Of a stretch of DNA of 64,000 nucleotides, positions 26,647 to 37,075 are shown in pieces. Source of the DNA: Staphylococcus phage vB_SepM_BE08. The translations under genes were made by a program, and so were the position numbers. Position 1 is the first letter of the stretch; each line of letters starts with the position of its first letter. The notes below the pieces were generated by a model. It searched no databases. It saw only the letters and a list, made by a program, of their open reading frames with translations, and was not told where the DNA came from. Where the stretch lies: the sequence record MT596505.1. One strand, given 5' to 3'.

Positions 26647-26915
26647 TCTCCTTTTTTAATATCTTTATGAAGTTTTTTTAACTCTGATATTTCTTCTTCA
26701 AGTTCTTTAATTTGAGATACACTCGATGTTGATGATTCTAATGCTTCTTTTTCATGGTTTTTTAATTCAATCTCATAGTCAACCATTTTTAATCTCTTAT
26801 TAATTTCTCTTTTCTCTATTTCTTTCCTTACATACTCAAATAGCTTAGTTGCTCCAATAATTATACCTAGTATGATTACTACAAAAATTAAAGCAACTAA
26901 TAGTAACCAAGCCAT
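26643..26915 (-). CDS. small TM + coiled-coil protein, translationally coupled to SPFH gene (ATGA overlap)
   Basis: N-terminal hydrophobic helix, charged helix. Confidence 0.5.
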   Translation of the reverse strand: MAWLLLVALIFVVIILGIIIGATKLFEYVRKEIEKREINKRLKMVDYEIELKNHEKEALESSTSSVSQIKELEEEISELKKLHKDIKKGE

Positions 26916-26985
26916 ATATACCTAACCTACTTTCTTCTCTTTAACTATTCTTGTTTAAGTTTATCTTTTTGTTCAGGTGTTAACA

Positions 26986-29322
26986 TTAACTATCTCTCCA
27001 AACTTGATTTATTTCATTATGAGTTCTTCCTGTTTCATTTTTTGCAAATTCTTCTTGCATTTTTCTTAAAGTGATAATATCTGTATTCTTAAGTTCTTTT
27101 CTAGTTAAATTAGAATAATCACGAACCCAGTAATAAAAAGCTCTTAAACTTTCGTTTTCTTGTAAAATTCTTTGAATAGGTCGTCTATCATTACCTTTAG
27201 CTAAGCTTTCTACGATACCTCTCATGTATTTCCAGTCATTATAGTACTTAGATTTATACTTAAACATAAAACCATTTGAATCTTCAAATACATATCCTTC
27301 ATGTTTAATATCTAAAGAATTATGATTATTCTTATACCAATCATAAAACTCTACCCAAGTATCGAACATAAGAGACCATGATTTAAAAGGTACTCCGATA
27401 GATAAAGCAAATGTATAAGTATTGGAATAACTTTCTTTTTTGAATTCTAAAGTATTATGAATAATATCTAATAAAACGATATGACTTTTATCATATTCAA
27501 TGATATGTGGGTCGTTTTCAATATCAATAACTTCAAACACTAAAGTTCTATCATGTTCTTTAAGATACTTAACGATTGTTTCTACTTGAATATCATCAAA
27601 CTGCTTATCAAATAAATCTTTAAACCATAGAGCATAATCATTATTATGCTTACTTAAATGTGTTTTTGATTTACTACAAAAGACTAAATCATCAATGTTA
27701 GAATCAAAGTAAACTAAACCTAAATAACCATTCTCTTTTTTATAACCATATAACGGAAATTTAATAATATCAGGTAATGCATCTAATTTTGTCTCAGGTC
27801 TTTCATTAATATTGAAAAATTTATTATAACCTCTACCTAAAATTTTATTTACTAGAGTATCAATAAATAATCCTCTAGCACTTACTGTTAATTGGTTCCA
27901 TCTTTTTTTATCAAATGCTTTTTTAGTAAAGTTAACAGATACTACATAATTGTACTGTTCAATGACTTTGATAGATTTTTTCTCTTCTTTAGCTAAACTT
28001 AAATATTTATCTACTGTTAAATCTTTATCAATTGATTTTAAATAGTCTTCATTAACTAAGAACTTATGATTAAATTTTTCATTTTTAATTAATACGGGGT
28101 CAATAGAGTTGTCACTATTAATCGTTACTGCTCTTAAGTAACCACCTTTTTCAACTCTACCTTCTAAGTTGATAGAATTTTTTGTTAAATCTAAACGTTC
28201 ACGATATAAATTTCTATGACCGTGAATCTGAATAACTGAACTATCTTTCCATTTACTGTCTACATCAAATTCATAACTACCTACACCATTAATAAGTTGA
28301 TGTGTTGATACTTTATTTAAATTATCTAACATATTAGGTAAGATACCACCATGATTAATAACATAGTACTGTCCTCTATAATTAAAGTATAGAACTTGTT
28401 GTAAGTTTCTTAAAATAGCACGTACTCGTTTAGGTGTAATACCATTATCAAGGAAAGATTTTAACGTGTACACAAAACCTCTAGCTTTAAATACATCTAA
28501 GGCTAATTTAAATAGTTTAGTTTTATCATCACTAACTTCATGGAGCTCTTTATACGTATCTGTATCTAAGTGAGCATACCTACGTAAATGTCTTTCATGA
28601 TTACCTTCTAATAATTCTACATTGTCTAAGTTATGGATAAGTTCTAAATAATCAAAAGTTTCTTTAGGTTCTAAACCTCTATCAAAGTAATCTCCTACAA
28701 AAATGAATAATTCGTTAGGGTGGTCTACAATGTAGTTATAACTAGCAAATTCATTTAAAGCTGTGAAACAAGAATGTACATCACCGATAACATGAATTTT
28801 ATCATAATGATTTACTTCCATAAAATCTTTATCCCACTCAAGAGAATCTAATACTTCTTCAGGTTTTAATTCTTTTGCAACGCTAGGAATATGCTCATGT
28901 TGTAGTCTTTCATAAATATTCTCAATAACTTCTACAGGAACTTGTTTTAATTTTTCCCTTTGGTTATTACGTTCAATTAATGTGTCTAAGTCTTCTTCTA
29001 AGGTTACTACATAAACACGATAACCATATACTTTAGCTAACTTCTCATATCGTTTAATTAATTTACCTGTAGAGTGTGTAGCATCAATTACAGTAAATTC
29101 ACCATTACTCATACGATTCTCTAAAATTTCAAATAATGTTTTCCAAACTAGATTATCTTTATCTTGAGTAATCGCTATTCTACCTTCTTCATTATAGATA
29201 GGTGAACCGAATTGTAATCTTAAAGTGTCTGGACTTAATGTGTAATTTTCTAGTCCTTTCTCTTTAATAAAAGTAGATTTACCTACACCTGGTACACCTC
29301 TCATTAATAATAATTGTTTCAT
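26986..29322 (-). CDS. trifunctional Pnkp-like RNA repair enzyme: 5'-OH polynucleotide kinase (GVPGVGKST), calcineurin-like phosphatase (GDVHS, GDYFDRG, GNHE, GHRN), C-terminal ligase-like nucleotidyltransferase (KENG...EGYV...KYK)
   Basis: 778-aa ORF; motif order matches bacterial Pnkp architecture. Confidence 0.65.
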   Translation of the reverse strand: MKQLLLMRGVPGVGKSTFIKEKGLENYTLSPDTLRLQFGSPIYNEEGRIAITQDKDNLVWKTLFEILENRMSNGEFTVIDATHSTGKLIKRYEKLAKVYGYRVYVVTLEEDLDTLIERNNQREKLKQVPVEVIENIYERLQHEHIPSVAKELKPEEVLDSLEWDKDFMEVNHYDKIHVIGDVHSCFTALNEFASYNYIVDHPNELFIFVGDYFDRGLEPKETFDYLELIHNLDNVELLEGNHERHLRRYAHLDTDTYKELHEVSDDKTKLFKLALDVFKARGFVYTLKSFLDNGITPKRVRAILRNLQQVLYFNYRGQYYVINHGGILPNMLDNLNKVSTHQLINGVGSYEFDVDSKWKDSSVIQIHGHRNLYRERLDLTKNSINLEGRVEKGGYLRAVTINSDNSIDPVLIKNEKFNHKFLVNEDYLKSIDKDLTVDKYLSLAKEEKKSIKVIEQYNYVVSVNFTKKAFDKKRWNQLTVSARGLFIDTLVNKILGRGYNKFFNINERPETKLDALPDIIKFPLYGYKKENGYLGLVYFDSNIDDLVFCSKSKTHLSKHNNDYALWFKDLFDKQFDDIQVETIVKYLKEHDRTLVFEVIDIENDPHIIEYDKSHIVLLDIIHNTLEFKKESYSNTYTFALSIGVPFKSWSLMFDTWVEFYDWYKNNHNSLDIKHEGYVFEDSNGFMFKYKSKYYNDWKYMRGIVESLAKGNDRRPIQRILQENESLRAFYYWVRDYSNLTRKELKNTDIITLRKMQEEFAKNETGRTHNEINQVWRDS

Positions 29323-29339
29323 AATTACCTCTCCTTTTA

Positions 29340-29603
29340 TTATTTAATACTAATAAATTCTATACTGTTTAAAGGTACCCAAACATCGTCTTCTGTTGAA
29401 TTACTTGCAAAAAATAGTGAAAATGTATCAGCGTCACAGTTTTTTAACAACTTAATAAGACTATCTCTCTCTTCAATTGAAACATTAATATCCATATATT
29501 TCCCACTTTTTAGAGCTACTGTGACTTTATATTGTTTTTCTTCTTTAAAATTTTCCATATTATTCATTGAAATATCTCCTTTATTTTTTGATATATACAT
29601 CAT
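29340..29603 (-). CDS. hypothetical protein
   Basis: ORF. Confidence 0.45.
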   Translation of the reverse strand: MMYISKNKGDISMNNMENFKEEKQYKVTVALKSGKYMDINVSIEERDSLIKLLKNCDADTFSLFFASNSTEDDVWVPLNSIEFISIK

Positions 29604-29928
29604 ATTTAGTGTCTAATTCTCTATTACCTGTTATGAAATAAATTTTACTTTTCTTTGATACTGTATATGTTGTTTTCTTTATATAACTTTTATTACTCTC
29701 ATGTGCTTTTACGTCAACAGAAGATACTGATGCTATTTCATTGAATTGTTCTGCTGAAATTACTGATACATTTTTATCTTTTAAAGCTACTTCTTTAGGT
29801 AAAATAATAGTTACTCCTATTAGTAAAATACCTATAAATCCTAAAAATTCAAAACTTTTTTTTCTCTTTTTTATCCCTACGTACCATGATACTACTGTTA
29901 GAATTAAAATAATAAAATAAAAAATCAT
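29581..29928 (-). CDS. membrane protein (2 TM)
   Basis: hydrophobicity. Confidence 0.5.
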   Translation of the reverse strand: MIFYFIILILTVVSWYVGIKKRKKSFEFLGFIGILLIGVTIILPKEVALKDKNVSVISAEQFNEIASVSSVDVKAHESNKSYIKKTTYTVSKKSKIYFITGNRELDTKYDVYIKK

Positions 29929-29981
29929 AATATACCTCCTTTAACTTAACTATAAACTATAATAACTTTTTTGTCAAGTAC

Positions 29982-30551
29982 TTATTTAAACTCAATTAAA
30001 TCTTTATGTACATCTTCAGGTTCTAAATAATACTTTTTAGCGGTTTTAGTTATGCCTATTAGTTTATCATTTGTGTTATCCTTATCTACAATCAAACTAT
30101 TAATTTGCTCTTGTATAATATTTTTCGTATTAGGGTTCTTTGTTTTAATTTTACTTATTTCTTTTTCATAAATTTTAATTTGAATATCATTACGTTTTTT
30201 GATTAAAGGTCTAACTTCTTTATTTAACTTACGTTTAATAAAATCACTAATATCATCTCTAGTATCCTTTATAGATTCCCAATCAGCTTCATTATCACTC
30301 ATAATAGTAATAATATTTAAGTGTTTATCAATAACAAGTTTATGCTCTTTAAATACATAAACTTCTCGACCCTTTTCTTGTTGTGTAACATAAGTAGCTT
30401 TATTTAAAGCTTGAGCTACCCACTCTTTTGCTTTCTCTCTTGATGAGTTTTCTACACGCATTAAAAATCTTTCATATGCATGGTTTGTTATATTTACGTG
30501 TTTACTTAAAATAGGTTTTTTTCTTTCCACTATATTTAGCATGTTTAACAT
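29982..30551 (-). CDS. hypothetical protein
   Basis: ORF. Confidence 0.55.
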   Translation of the reverse strand: MLNMLNIVERKKPILSKHVNITNHAYERFLMRVENSSREKAKEWVAQALNKATYVTQQEKGREVYVFKEHKLVIDKHLNIITIMSDNEADWESIKDTRDDISDFIKRKLNKEVRPLIKKRNDIQIKIYEKEISKIKTKNPNTKNIIQEQINSLIVDKDNTNDKLIGITKTAKKYYLEPEDVHKDLIEFK

Positions 30552-30634
30552 CTCCTTATTTGTTATGTCTTAATGATACTATAATTTATATTAGATGTCA
30601 ATACTTTTTATAAAAAAAGAAGTGTAGTTTTATA

Positions 30635-30958
30635 CTACACTTCATCCACTACATTTTGTGCTTCTTTAAACATTGTATCTTCTAAGTTATAAATCTCACT
30701 TAAAGTAAATTGCAATGCGTCACTAATTCTAGATAGTGCAATTCTTTCAGTAACTTTAATATTTAATTTAGTAAAGTGTTGTTTTACTAGTCCGTTATCT
30801 GTTTCTAATACCGTATCTCCATTAACTTTAATTACAAATTCGTTATTATCTTTGAGTAGTCGTAATGAACCTACATCAAAAGATTCTAACAATTTAACAA
30901 TACTATTTAAAATACTTAACTCTGATTCTTTTAATACTGATAATTTTTCATTATTCAT
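30635..30958 (-). CDS. hypothetical protein
   Basis: ORF. Confidence 0.5.
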   Translation of the reverse strand: MNNEKLSVLKESELSILNSIVKLLESFDVGSLRLLKDNNEFVIKVNGDTVLETDNGLVKQHFTKLNIKVTERIALSRISDALQFTLSEIYNLEDTMFKEAQNVVDEV

Positions 30959-30961
30959 ATA

Positions 30962-31462
30962 TTAATTCACTCCTTCTTTGTAATGAATTGAATAGCCTTC
31001 TACTTGAGATAATAAGAATTCTAAATCTACAGTTGAGTCATGTTCTTTAAACTCGATTAAAAATGTATTATTTCTATCACTTTTAAATGCATGTTTGAAT
31101 TTATTAATCTCATTTTCTAAACTATAAACATCATTTTTATTTACTTTAATAACTTTACCACTCTTCAAGTTGATAACGAGTTCGGTTGGTCTTTTAATGA
31201 TGTCAGCATATGTTTCTAGTTCTCTCTTTTGTTTTTCGTGATACTGAATTACTAACGTTAAATCAGAACCTTTTAGACCTTCTTTATTAAAGTTAGCATT
31301 TAAGTCATTACCATTAGATAGTGTGACATGGTTGTCTAGTTTTCTACTTTCTCTAATAATTAAGTCCTCATCTTGTAAATGAATAATGATACTTCCTTTA
31401 CGTACTTCATAATTATATCCATACTGGCTTAACTTATCTTCAATTAAATCTTGATATAACAT
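30962..31462 (-). CDS. hypothetical protein
   Basis: ORF, coupled operon. Confidence 0.55.
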   Translation of the reverse strand: MLYQDLIEDKLSQYGYNYEVRKGSIIIHLQDEDLIIRESRKLDNHVTLSNGNDLNANFNKEGLKGSDLTLVIQYHEKQKRELETYADIIKRPTELVINLKSGKVIKVNKNDVYSLENEINKFKHAFKSDRNNTFLIEFKEHDSTVDLEFLLSQVEGYSIHYKEGVN

Positions 31463-31815
31463 TATTTTTCCACCTTTTTCTTTATTAAATTATCTATATC
31501 AGGTTCATTAAATGATTTAATAATATATCTACCTTTCTTATTAAAAATAACATCAAAGAAACCATCATCTTGTAACCTAATAACTGCTTCAATATTAAAC
31601 TGCTTTAACTTTTTAAATATTTCTGTTGTCATAGGTGATTCAAAAACAAAAACAACATCTTTATTTTTTTGTTTATTAACATGTTTTTTATTGAAGTTTG
31701 TAATACTACCATAACATAATTTATTTTTCTTGTCAATACCTTTAAAGTATTTTTTCATAGAATCATTTAAGTATGGTTCTTCTTGTTTTTTATACGGAAA
31801 TGCTACTATAATCAT
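31462..31815 (-). CDS. hypothetical protein
   Basis: ORF, 1-nt overlap. Confidence 0.5.
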   Translation of the reverse strand: MIIVAFPYKKQEEPYLNDSMKKYFKGIDKKNKLCYGSITNFNKKHVNKQKNKDVVFVFESPMTTEIFKKLKQFNIEAVIRLQDDGFFDVIFNKKGRYIIKSFNEPDIDNLIKKKVEK

Positions 31816-32093
31816 CTTCTATATCCTTTCAAATATAATATCTTATGAAAATACTCTATTGCTCTGTGTGCTTTAGCTATTGTTGTAGCGTACTCTAATA
31901 ATTCATTTTCTGATAGAGGTTTTTCTGTATCTCTTTTTATATCTGCTACTAAGTTTACTTTATCTAAACCATCATCATAAATAACAGGAGCATATTCTAA
32001 ATCACAATCTACTGTAGCTATTATTTGCTCTCCTGCTTTTTCTACTTTCAATCTAAACTCTCTATAGTAATCTTCAAACACAACTTCACTCAT
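31812..32093 (-). CDS. hypothetical protein
   Basis: ORF, ATGA overlap. Confidence 0.5.
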   Translation of the reverse strand: MSEVVFEDYYREFRLKVEKAGEQIIATVDCDLEYAPVIYDDGLDKVNLVADIKRDTEKPLSENELLEYATTIAKAHRAIEYFHKILYLKGYRR

Positions 32094-32268
32094 CTGTATA
32101 CCTTCTCCCTAAATCAATATATCCTGACTTTTCTCTAATATGTTTTAATCGTTGTAGTTTCTGTTCTCTTGTCAGGTTAGACCTATACGGTTCTGCTTTT
32201 TTGTTTTTAAATCTTTTTTTAGTATTCGTATCTTTACTTTCTTGTTGCATCTTTTCTAAAAAATTCAT
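32086..32268 (-). CDS. small basic protein
   Basis: ORF. Confidence 0.4.
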   Translation of the reverse strand: MNFLEKMQQESKDTNTKKRFKNKKAEPYRSNLTREQKLQRLKHIREKSGYIDLGRRYTDE

Positions 32269-32404
32269 AACAAACCTCCTCTTTTATTATAGTAACATAA
32301 AAGCAAAAAACAGTCAATACTTTTTAGTATCGACTGCTTAAAAAAAGGATGATTCCTATAGCTATGAATACAACTACTACCAAAAAACTCACGGTATCCC
32401 TCCT

Positions 32405-32788
32405 CTATTTTACTTTTTCTCCTTTAGGTACAAATCTATATATGTGTACTCGGTTACCATCATCATCTTTTGAGTATACTCTAATGAGTGTAAATTTTTT
32501 AGCCTCTTTAAACTTACTAGTTTTAAATACAGTTGTATCTACACTATTATTTGTTGTTCTTCCAGGAATATAAGTAGGTAAGTTTTCTGTAAAATAAATT
32601 TTATTATCACTTATATGGTCTTTTGTGAAATTACCTACTTTTTCTACTTTCTCTCCTTTAACTTCTGATGATTGTTTTGTAAAATGTTCAGTGTCTTTTC
32701 CTTGGATATTTACTGTTGTAATGTAAATACTCATAGAAAGAATTAAAATAATAATAGCTACAATATAACCTTTATTTAATCTATCCAT
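32405..32788 (-). CDS. membrane-anchored protein (N-terminal TM)
   Basis: hydrophobic N-terminus; plus ORF 32349..32573 antisense artefact. Confidence 0.5.
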   Translation of the reverse strand: MDRLNKGYIVAIIILILSMSIYITTVNIQGKDTEHFTKQSSEVKGEKVEKVGNFTKDHISDNKIYFTENLPTYIPGRTTNNSVDTTVFKTSKFKEAKKFTLIRVYSKDDDGNRVHIYRFVPKGEKVK

Positions 32789-32852
32789 TTCTACTTATTC
32801 CCTTCTATAATAAAATAGCTTTCTCTTATGTAATATAAGAGAAAGCATAAAA

Positions 32853-33554
32853 TTAAATACTATTCATAATAAATACACATTTATCTACAAGAGGACAATA
32901 AACCATACTCTCAGAATCATCTAACATATCTTTTAATTTAAGATAATGCTTGAGATAGCTATCAGGATTAGCTAAATCTTTATACCTAACTAAGCAATCA
33001 TCAATTTTAAGTTCTATATCTTTTTTACTTACGATTTCTAATTGAGTTACTTCTTCACTAGAAGTTAATATATAACCTTTCTCTATAACCTCATCTGATA
33101 CATCTTCAACTTTTACATTATTTTTAATATCTTCCACTAATTGATACTGGTCGTAATTGTAATCATCAGATTTAATTCTAAATAAAGGCTCTATTACTCT
33201 AGCTCTTTCAAGAATACTAATTGGTGCACTGTTTTTATGCTTATTATATAGGTACTCATTTTCTGTTATTCTTTCTTTTGATAACCCAATATAATGACCT
33301 GCTGGTGTTCCAAATTTCTCTTCTAAATCTGGAGTTACAGTAGCAATCATAAGCGTATCATAATTAACTTCAGTACCTATTACTTTGTAATTACTTACTA
33401 CATTTTCTAAACCTTCTAAATCTAATAAGGAATGTTTAAGCTCTTCTAATGTATAACCTGATTCTATATTCTTTATTTGTGTATTTTCTTCATTATTAGG
33501 AGAACCATAATGTTCTTTATTCCTCATCTCATTTAATTTATCTGAAAAACTCAT
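32853..33554 (-). CDS. hypothetical protein
   Basis: ORF. Confidence 0.55.
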   Translation of the reverse strand: MSFSDKLNEMRNKEHYGSPNNEENTQIKNIESGYTLEELKHSLLDLEGLENVVSNYKVIGTEVNYDTLMIATVTPDLEEKFGTPAGHYIGLSKERITENEYLYNKHKNSAPISILERARVIEPLFRIKSDDYNYDQYQLVEDIKNNVKVEDVSDEVIEKGYILTSSEEVTQLEIVSKKDIELKIDDCLVRYKDLANPDSYLKHYLKLKDMLDDSESMVYCPLVDKCVFIMNSI

Positions 33555-33586
33555 ATGTTACACACCTACAATTCTACTACAATTTC

Positions 33587-34027
33587 TTATTCCTCTTGTT
33601 CATCATTAAGTACTTCTTCTTTAGAACCTGTTTTTCTCTCTACATTATATAAGTCTAAAATATAGTACAAACCATTTTTATGAATATTATACTTCTTATA
33701 AATATCTTCTACATTCATAAAATGATAATCTTTGATAAGTTGTTTTGTCTTTTCTACATCATTTAATACGTGAGCTACTCTCTCAGAAACTCTAGATTTC
33801 TTGTTTCTTTTCTCTACTTTATAACTGTTAATTACTGAGTAAATCATACCTGTACTTACTTTAACTGCTTTTGAGATTTCTTTAAACGGTGCTCCTTCTT
33901 CATATAAAGTAACGATTTGTTGCTCTTTAATTGTGTTGAATCTTTTATCTTTCTTTAAAGGTGTAAATTCTTTTTTATTTTCTGTACCTAAAATCTTCTC
34001 TTCTTCTTTATTTAATGAAATAAACAT
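33587..34027 (-). CDS. HTH DNA-binding protein (TLYEEGAPFKEISKAVKVSTGMIYSVINSY)
   Basis: HTH-like segment by inspection. Confidence 0.45.
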   Translation of the reverse strand: MFISLNKEEEKILGTENKKEFTPLKKDKRFNTIKEQQIVTLYEEGAPFKEISKAVKVSTGMIYSVINSYKVEKRNKKSRVSERVAHVLNDVEKTKQLIKDYHFMNVEDIYKKYNIHKNGLYYILDLYNVERKTGSKEEVLNDEQEE

Positions 34028-34069
34028 ATAAAAAACTCCTTTTGTTTTGATACTTATATCATACTACAC

Positions 34070-34558
34070 TTAATCATTCTTGTCAATATCTTTTACTAAA
34101 GTTAACTCACTTTCTTTAAATACCTTATCGTATTCACCTGTTAGCTTATAAAAGTAATTGTTGTTATCAGTTAGTACTTCTGTAATCCTAGCAACATCTT
34201 TACTTGAATTTTCATTTAATAGATTAAATCGTTCATACTCTACAATGTCATTAACTTTAAATTTATTGTCTGTTACATTAAATTCTTCATCTAAGTAAAC
34301 ATTAAATGTAATAAGAGCATTAATAGAAATATTATAAGGCACCCAATACCTATTATAAAAAGTTGTTTCTTTTCTAATATCTCTTGATATTTCTGTCATC
34401 TGGTGTTTACCAGGATTAAGTCTTACAAGGATTGTTCCTTGGTCTCCTTGTTCTAGTCTTAATACTTTACCATCTACTAGGTAATGAATAATATCTGTTA
34501 AACTTTCAATTGGTAATGCTTCTTTTACTGGTTGTATATTAATCGGATTGACTTCCAT
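34070..34558 (-). CDS. hypothetical protein
   Basis: ORF. Confidence 0.55.
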   Translation of the reverse strand: MEVNPINIQPVKEALPIESLTDIIHYLVDGKVLRLEQGDQGTILVRLNPGKHQMTEISRDIRKETTFYNRYWVPYNISINALITFNVYLDEEFNVTDNKFKVNDIVEYERFNLLNENSSKDVARITEVLTDNNNYFYKLTGEYDKVFKESELTLVKDIDKND

Positions 34559-34582
34559 AATTTACCTCACTCACTTTACACA

Positions 34583-35308
34583 TTAAATAGATATTCCAGC
34601 TTGTTCCATAGCTTCTTTAAATCTTTTGTCTTCTTCATTTAAATCTAGACTTTGATAGAATTCTTTTTCCTTTTCTTCTAATCTTTGTAGTACCTGTTCG
34701 TGTTGCTCTTCAGGAATAAATTCTAATAATACTTCTGTCATAGCTGATTCTCTAGCTGTTTGTTTAAGCATAAGCTCTTTTAACCCAATATAACTTAAAC
34801 CTTTTAATTCCCCATTAGTTATCTTATTCTTTGTTTCTATTGCTCTTATCATTAAAGCTGGGTCTAATGTATCTACCCATTTTAAACCTTCTCTACCTTT
34901 ATAAATAATTTCATCTAATATCTGAGCGTCATTATATATTTTCTCAGTATAACTTTTAGCTTCTTCAAAACTAGGTGCAATTTCTTGACCTTTATAACTC
35001 ACCTCTTTATCAGATATATCATCTACAGAGGTTTTCTTTCTCTTATCTATAAGCTCTCCTAAATCCCAACCATTTTGAATAGCTTCTCTTCTTTTGTTTT
35101 TATATCTTGATAAAGATGGTTTAGATATGTCTAAGTCATACTCTTTACATATATCTATAATATCATCGAAACTCATATCTTCATCTAAAGCATTATCTAC
35201 TTTAGTTCTTAATAATTTATTGTGATATAGCTTAGAGAGTATACTCTCTTTTTTTTCAACAACTTTAATAGTGTCTTTTTTATTTTTTAAATTTTTCTTT
35301 CTAGCCAT
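34583..35308 (-). CDS. putative DNA-binding protein with N-terminal HTH (MSFDDIIDICKEYDLDISKPSLSRY)
   Basis: ORF following 340-bp AT-rich noncoding region. Confidence 0.5.
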   Translation of the reverse strand: MARKKNLKNKKDTIKVVEKKESILSKLYHNKLLRTKVDNALDEDMSFDDIIDICKEYDLDISKPSLSRYKNKRREAIQNGWDLGELIDKRKKTSVDDISDKEVSYKGQEIAPSFEEAKSYTEKIYNDAQILDEIIYKGREGLKWVDTLDPALMIRAIETKNKITNGELKGLSYIGLKELMLKQTARESAMTEVLLEFIPEEQHEQVLQRLEEKEKEFYQSLDLNEEDKRFKEAMEQAGISI

Positions 35309-35645
35309 AATATAATATTTCCTTTCTAATGTAAAAGTATGTAATTAGTTACATATATGAAACGTAGTTACAATTAATAAAACAATCCCTTTACATCAAC
35401 TTATTTCAGTCCACATTATATAATATATCACAATTTCTGTTATTATTTTATATCATTATAAGTATTTATAAAAAATATATACAATTTTGTAGTAAATTTT
35501 ATTTGTAAAACACTTTAATTTAGCTATATTTAATTGAAATACAGAGTTGTTTTTCATAAAAATTCATTTTATGAATATTATTTACCTGCATTTTTTACTA
35601 CTACTTACTTTACTTTTTAATAAAAGAAACTATTTAAATATACAC

Positions 35646-36146
35646 TTATTCTGCATAAATTCTCTCTGCTTCTGCTTTCATTTCCTCTACAAATGAATCA
35701 TCTTCATAAGCTTCTTTAGTAAAGAAAACGATTGGCTCTTCAGCTACACCATTTTGATATTCATAAACATCATCCATAGCTACTTTAGAATACTTTTGAT
35801 AGTAGTTAACCATGAATGTAGGTAAGTTAGCTAAAACATTATCTCCAAATAGACCAAATAAAACTACAATAAGACTATTCCCTAATAAAGGAAAAGCAAA
35901 AATTAAATTATAAAGTGCGTAAATAAATACAAAAAACCCAATAACTCTAAGGAATGGAATACTAAATACAATTCCTGAAATCATAAACCAGTTAATAAAT
36001 CTTACTCCTGCATCTACTGAAGCTGTTCTCAATGCTTCAGTTCCTTCAAACGCTTCTTTACCATTTAACATTAATGAATCTAATACTCTTAATCCTTTAA
36101 TGACTAAAAACCAAATTACTCCTAAAATAATAATTCCTAATAACAT
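35646..36146 (-). CDS. polytopic membrane protein
   Basis: hydrophobicity. Confidence 0.55.
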   Translation of the reverse strand: MLLGIIILGVIWFLVIKGLRVLDSLMLNGKEAFEGTEALRTASVDAGVRFINWFMISGIVFSIPFLRVIGFFVFIYALYNLIFAFPLLGNSLIVVLFGLFGDNVLANLPTFMVNYYQKYSKVAMDDVYEYQNGVAEEPIVFFTKEAYEDDSFVEEMKAEAERIYAE

Positions 36147-36229
36147 AATAACAAAATCCCTTCTCTTTTTTTATTTATTGTTTCTATAGTTATACTATAA
36201 TACAAAGAGAGGGGATTGTCAACAGTTTT

Positions 36230-37075
36230 TTAGAAAAAAATTGATAATTTTTTATTATTTTTTAAGGTAATTTCAAAAGTGTACCTGTTATCTTCTTTAA
36301 TAACTTTAGAATAAGATATATCATTAGTTTTAAATGATAAAAATGATTGACCGCAAGCTATAGAATATCTACTAGTATTATCTGATACAATAAATATTCC
36401 TGTTTCATTGGTATTATATAAATTATAAGTAATAGAGCCATCATCAAAGAATACACAAGGTATTTCTTTATTGATAATTCTTCTCTCTAATAGGAAATCA
36501 AGTAGTTTTTCCGTATCTACTTTTGTTAATTTATCTTTCTTTGATAGCATACCTAATAGTGTTTGTCCTTCATACTCTTTAGGTGTTGTCAACAAGTAAA
36601 CCTCGTGTTTAAAGTCTATAATTTCTTCTTCAATTTTATATAATTTTAATTTAATATCTTTAGCAAGTGTAATTGTAGCTTCTGAAATTTTAGGCTCAAT
36701 AAATAAGTTCTCCACATCAATAGCTTTAACTTGACTTACTTGAGTTCCTTTTAAAATCATATCTGTAAGAAGTCCAGGGTCTTTTACACCTTGGTCTATT
36801 TGGTCTACTTTAACACTTCCTAATCCTGAAGATTCTAATGATTTATTGTATCTAATAATATTAGGTTTATCGTTATCATGAACAATTAATCTATTGATAA
36901 ATTCAAATCTATTACCTTTTTCAAATGTTACGTCTTCAATGTAAGGCTCAGGTATAACACCAATAGGATAATCTTTATCATGATAAGTAATACCTAGTAG
37001 TTCAATTTCTCCGTTTTTCATTTTATTATATAATGTCTCAGGTTTAATCTTTTTAAATGTGTTGGTTGTTAACAT
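36230..37075 (-). CDS. hypothetical protein (281 aa)
   Basis: ORF. Confidence 0.55.
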   Translation of the reverse strand: MLTTNTFKKIKPETLYNKMKNGEIELLGITYHDKDYPIGVIPEPYIEDVTFEKGNRFEFINRLIVHDNDKPNIIRYNKSLESSGLGSVKVDQIDQGVKDPGLLTDMILKGTQVSQVKAIDVENLFIEPKISEATITLAKDIKLKLYKIEEEIIDFKHEVYLLTTPKEYEGQTLLGMLSKKDKLTKVDTEKLLDFLLERRIINKEIPCVFFDDGSITYNLYNTNETGIFIVSDNTSRYSIACGQSFLSFKTNDISYSKVIKEDNRYTFEITLKNNKKLSIFF

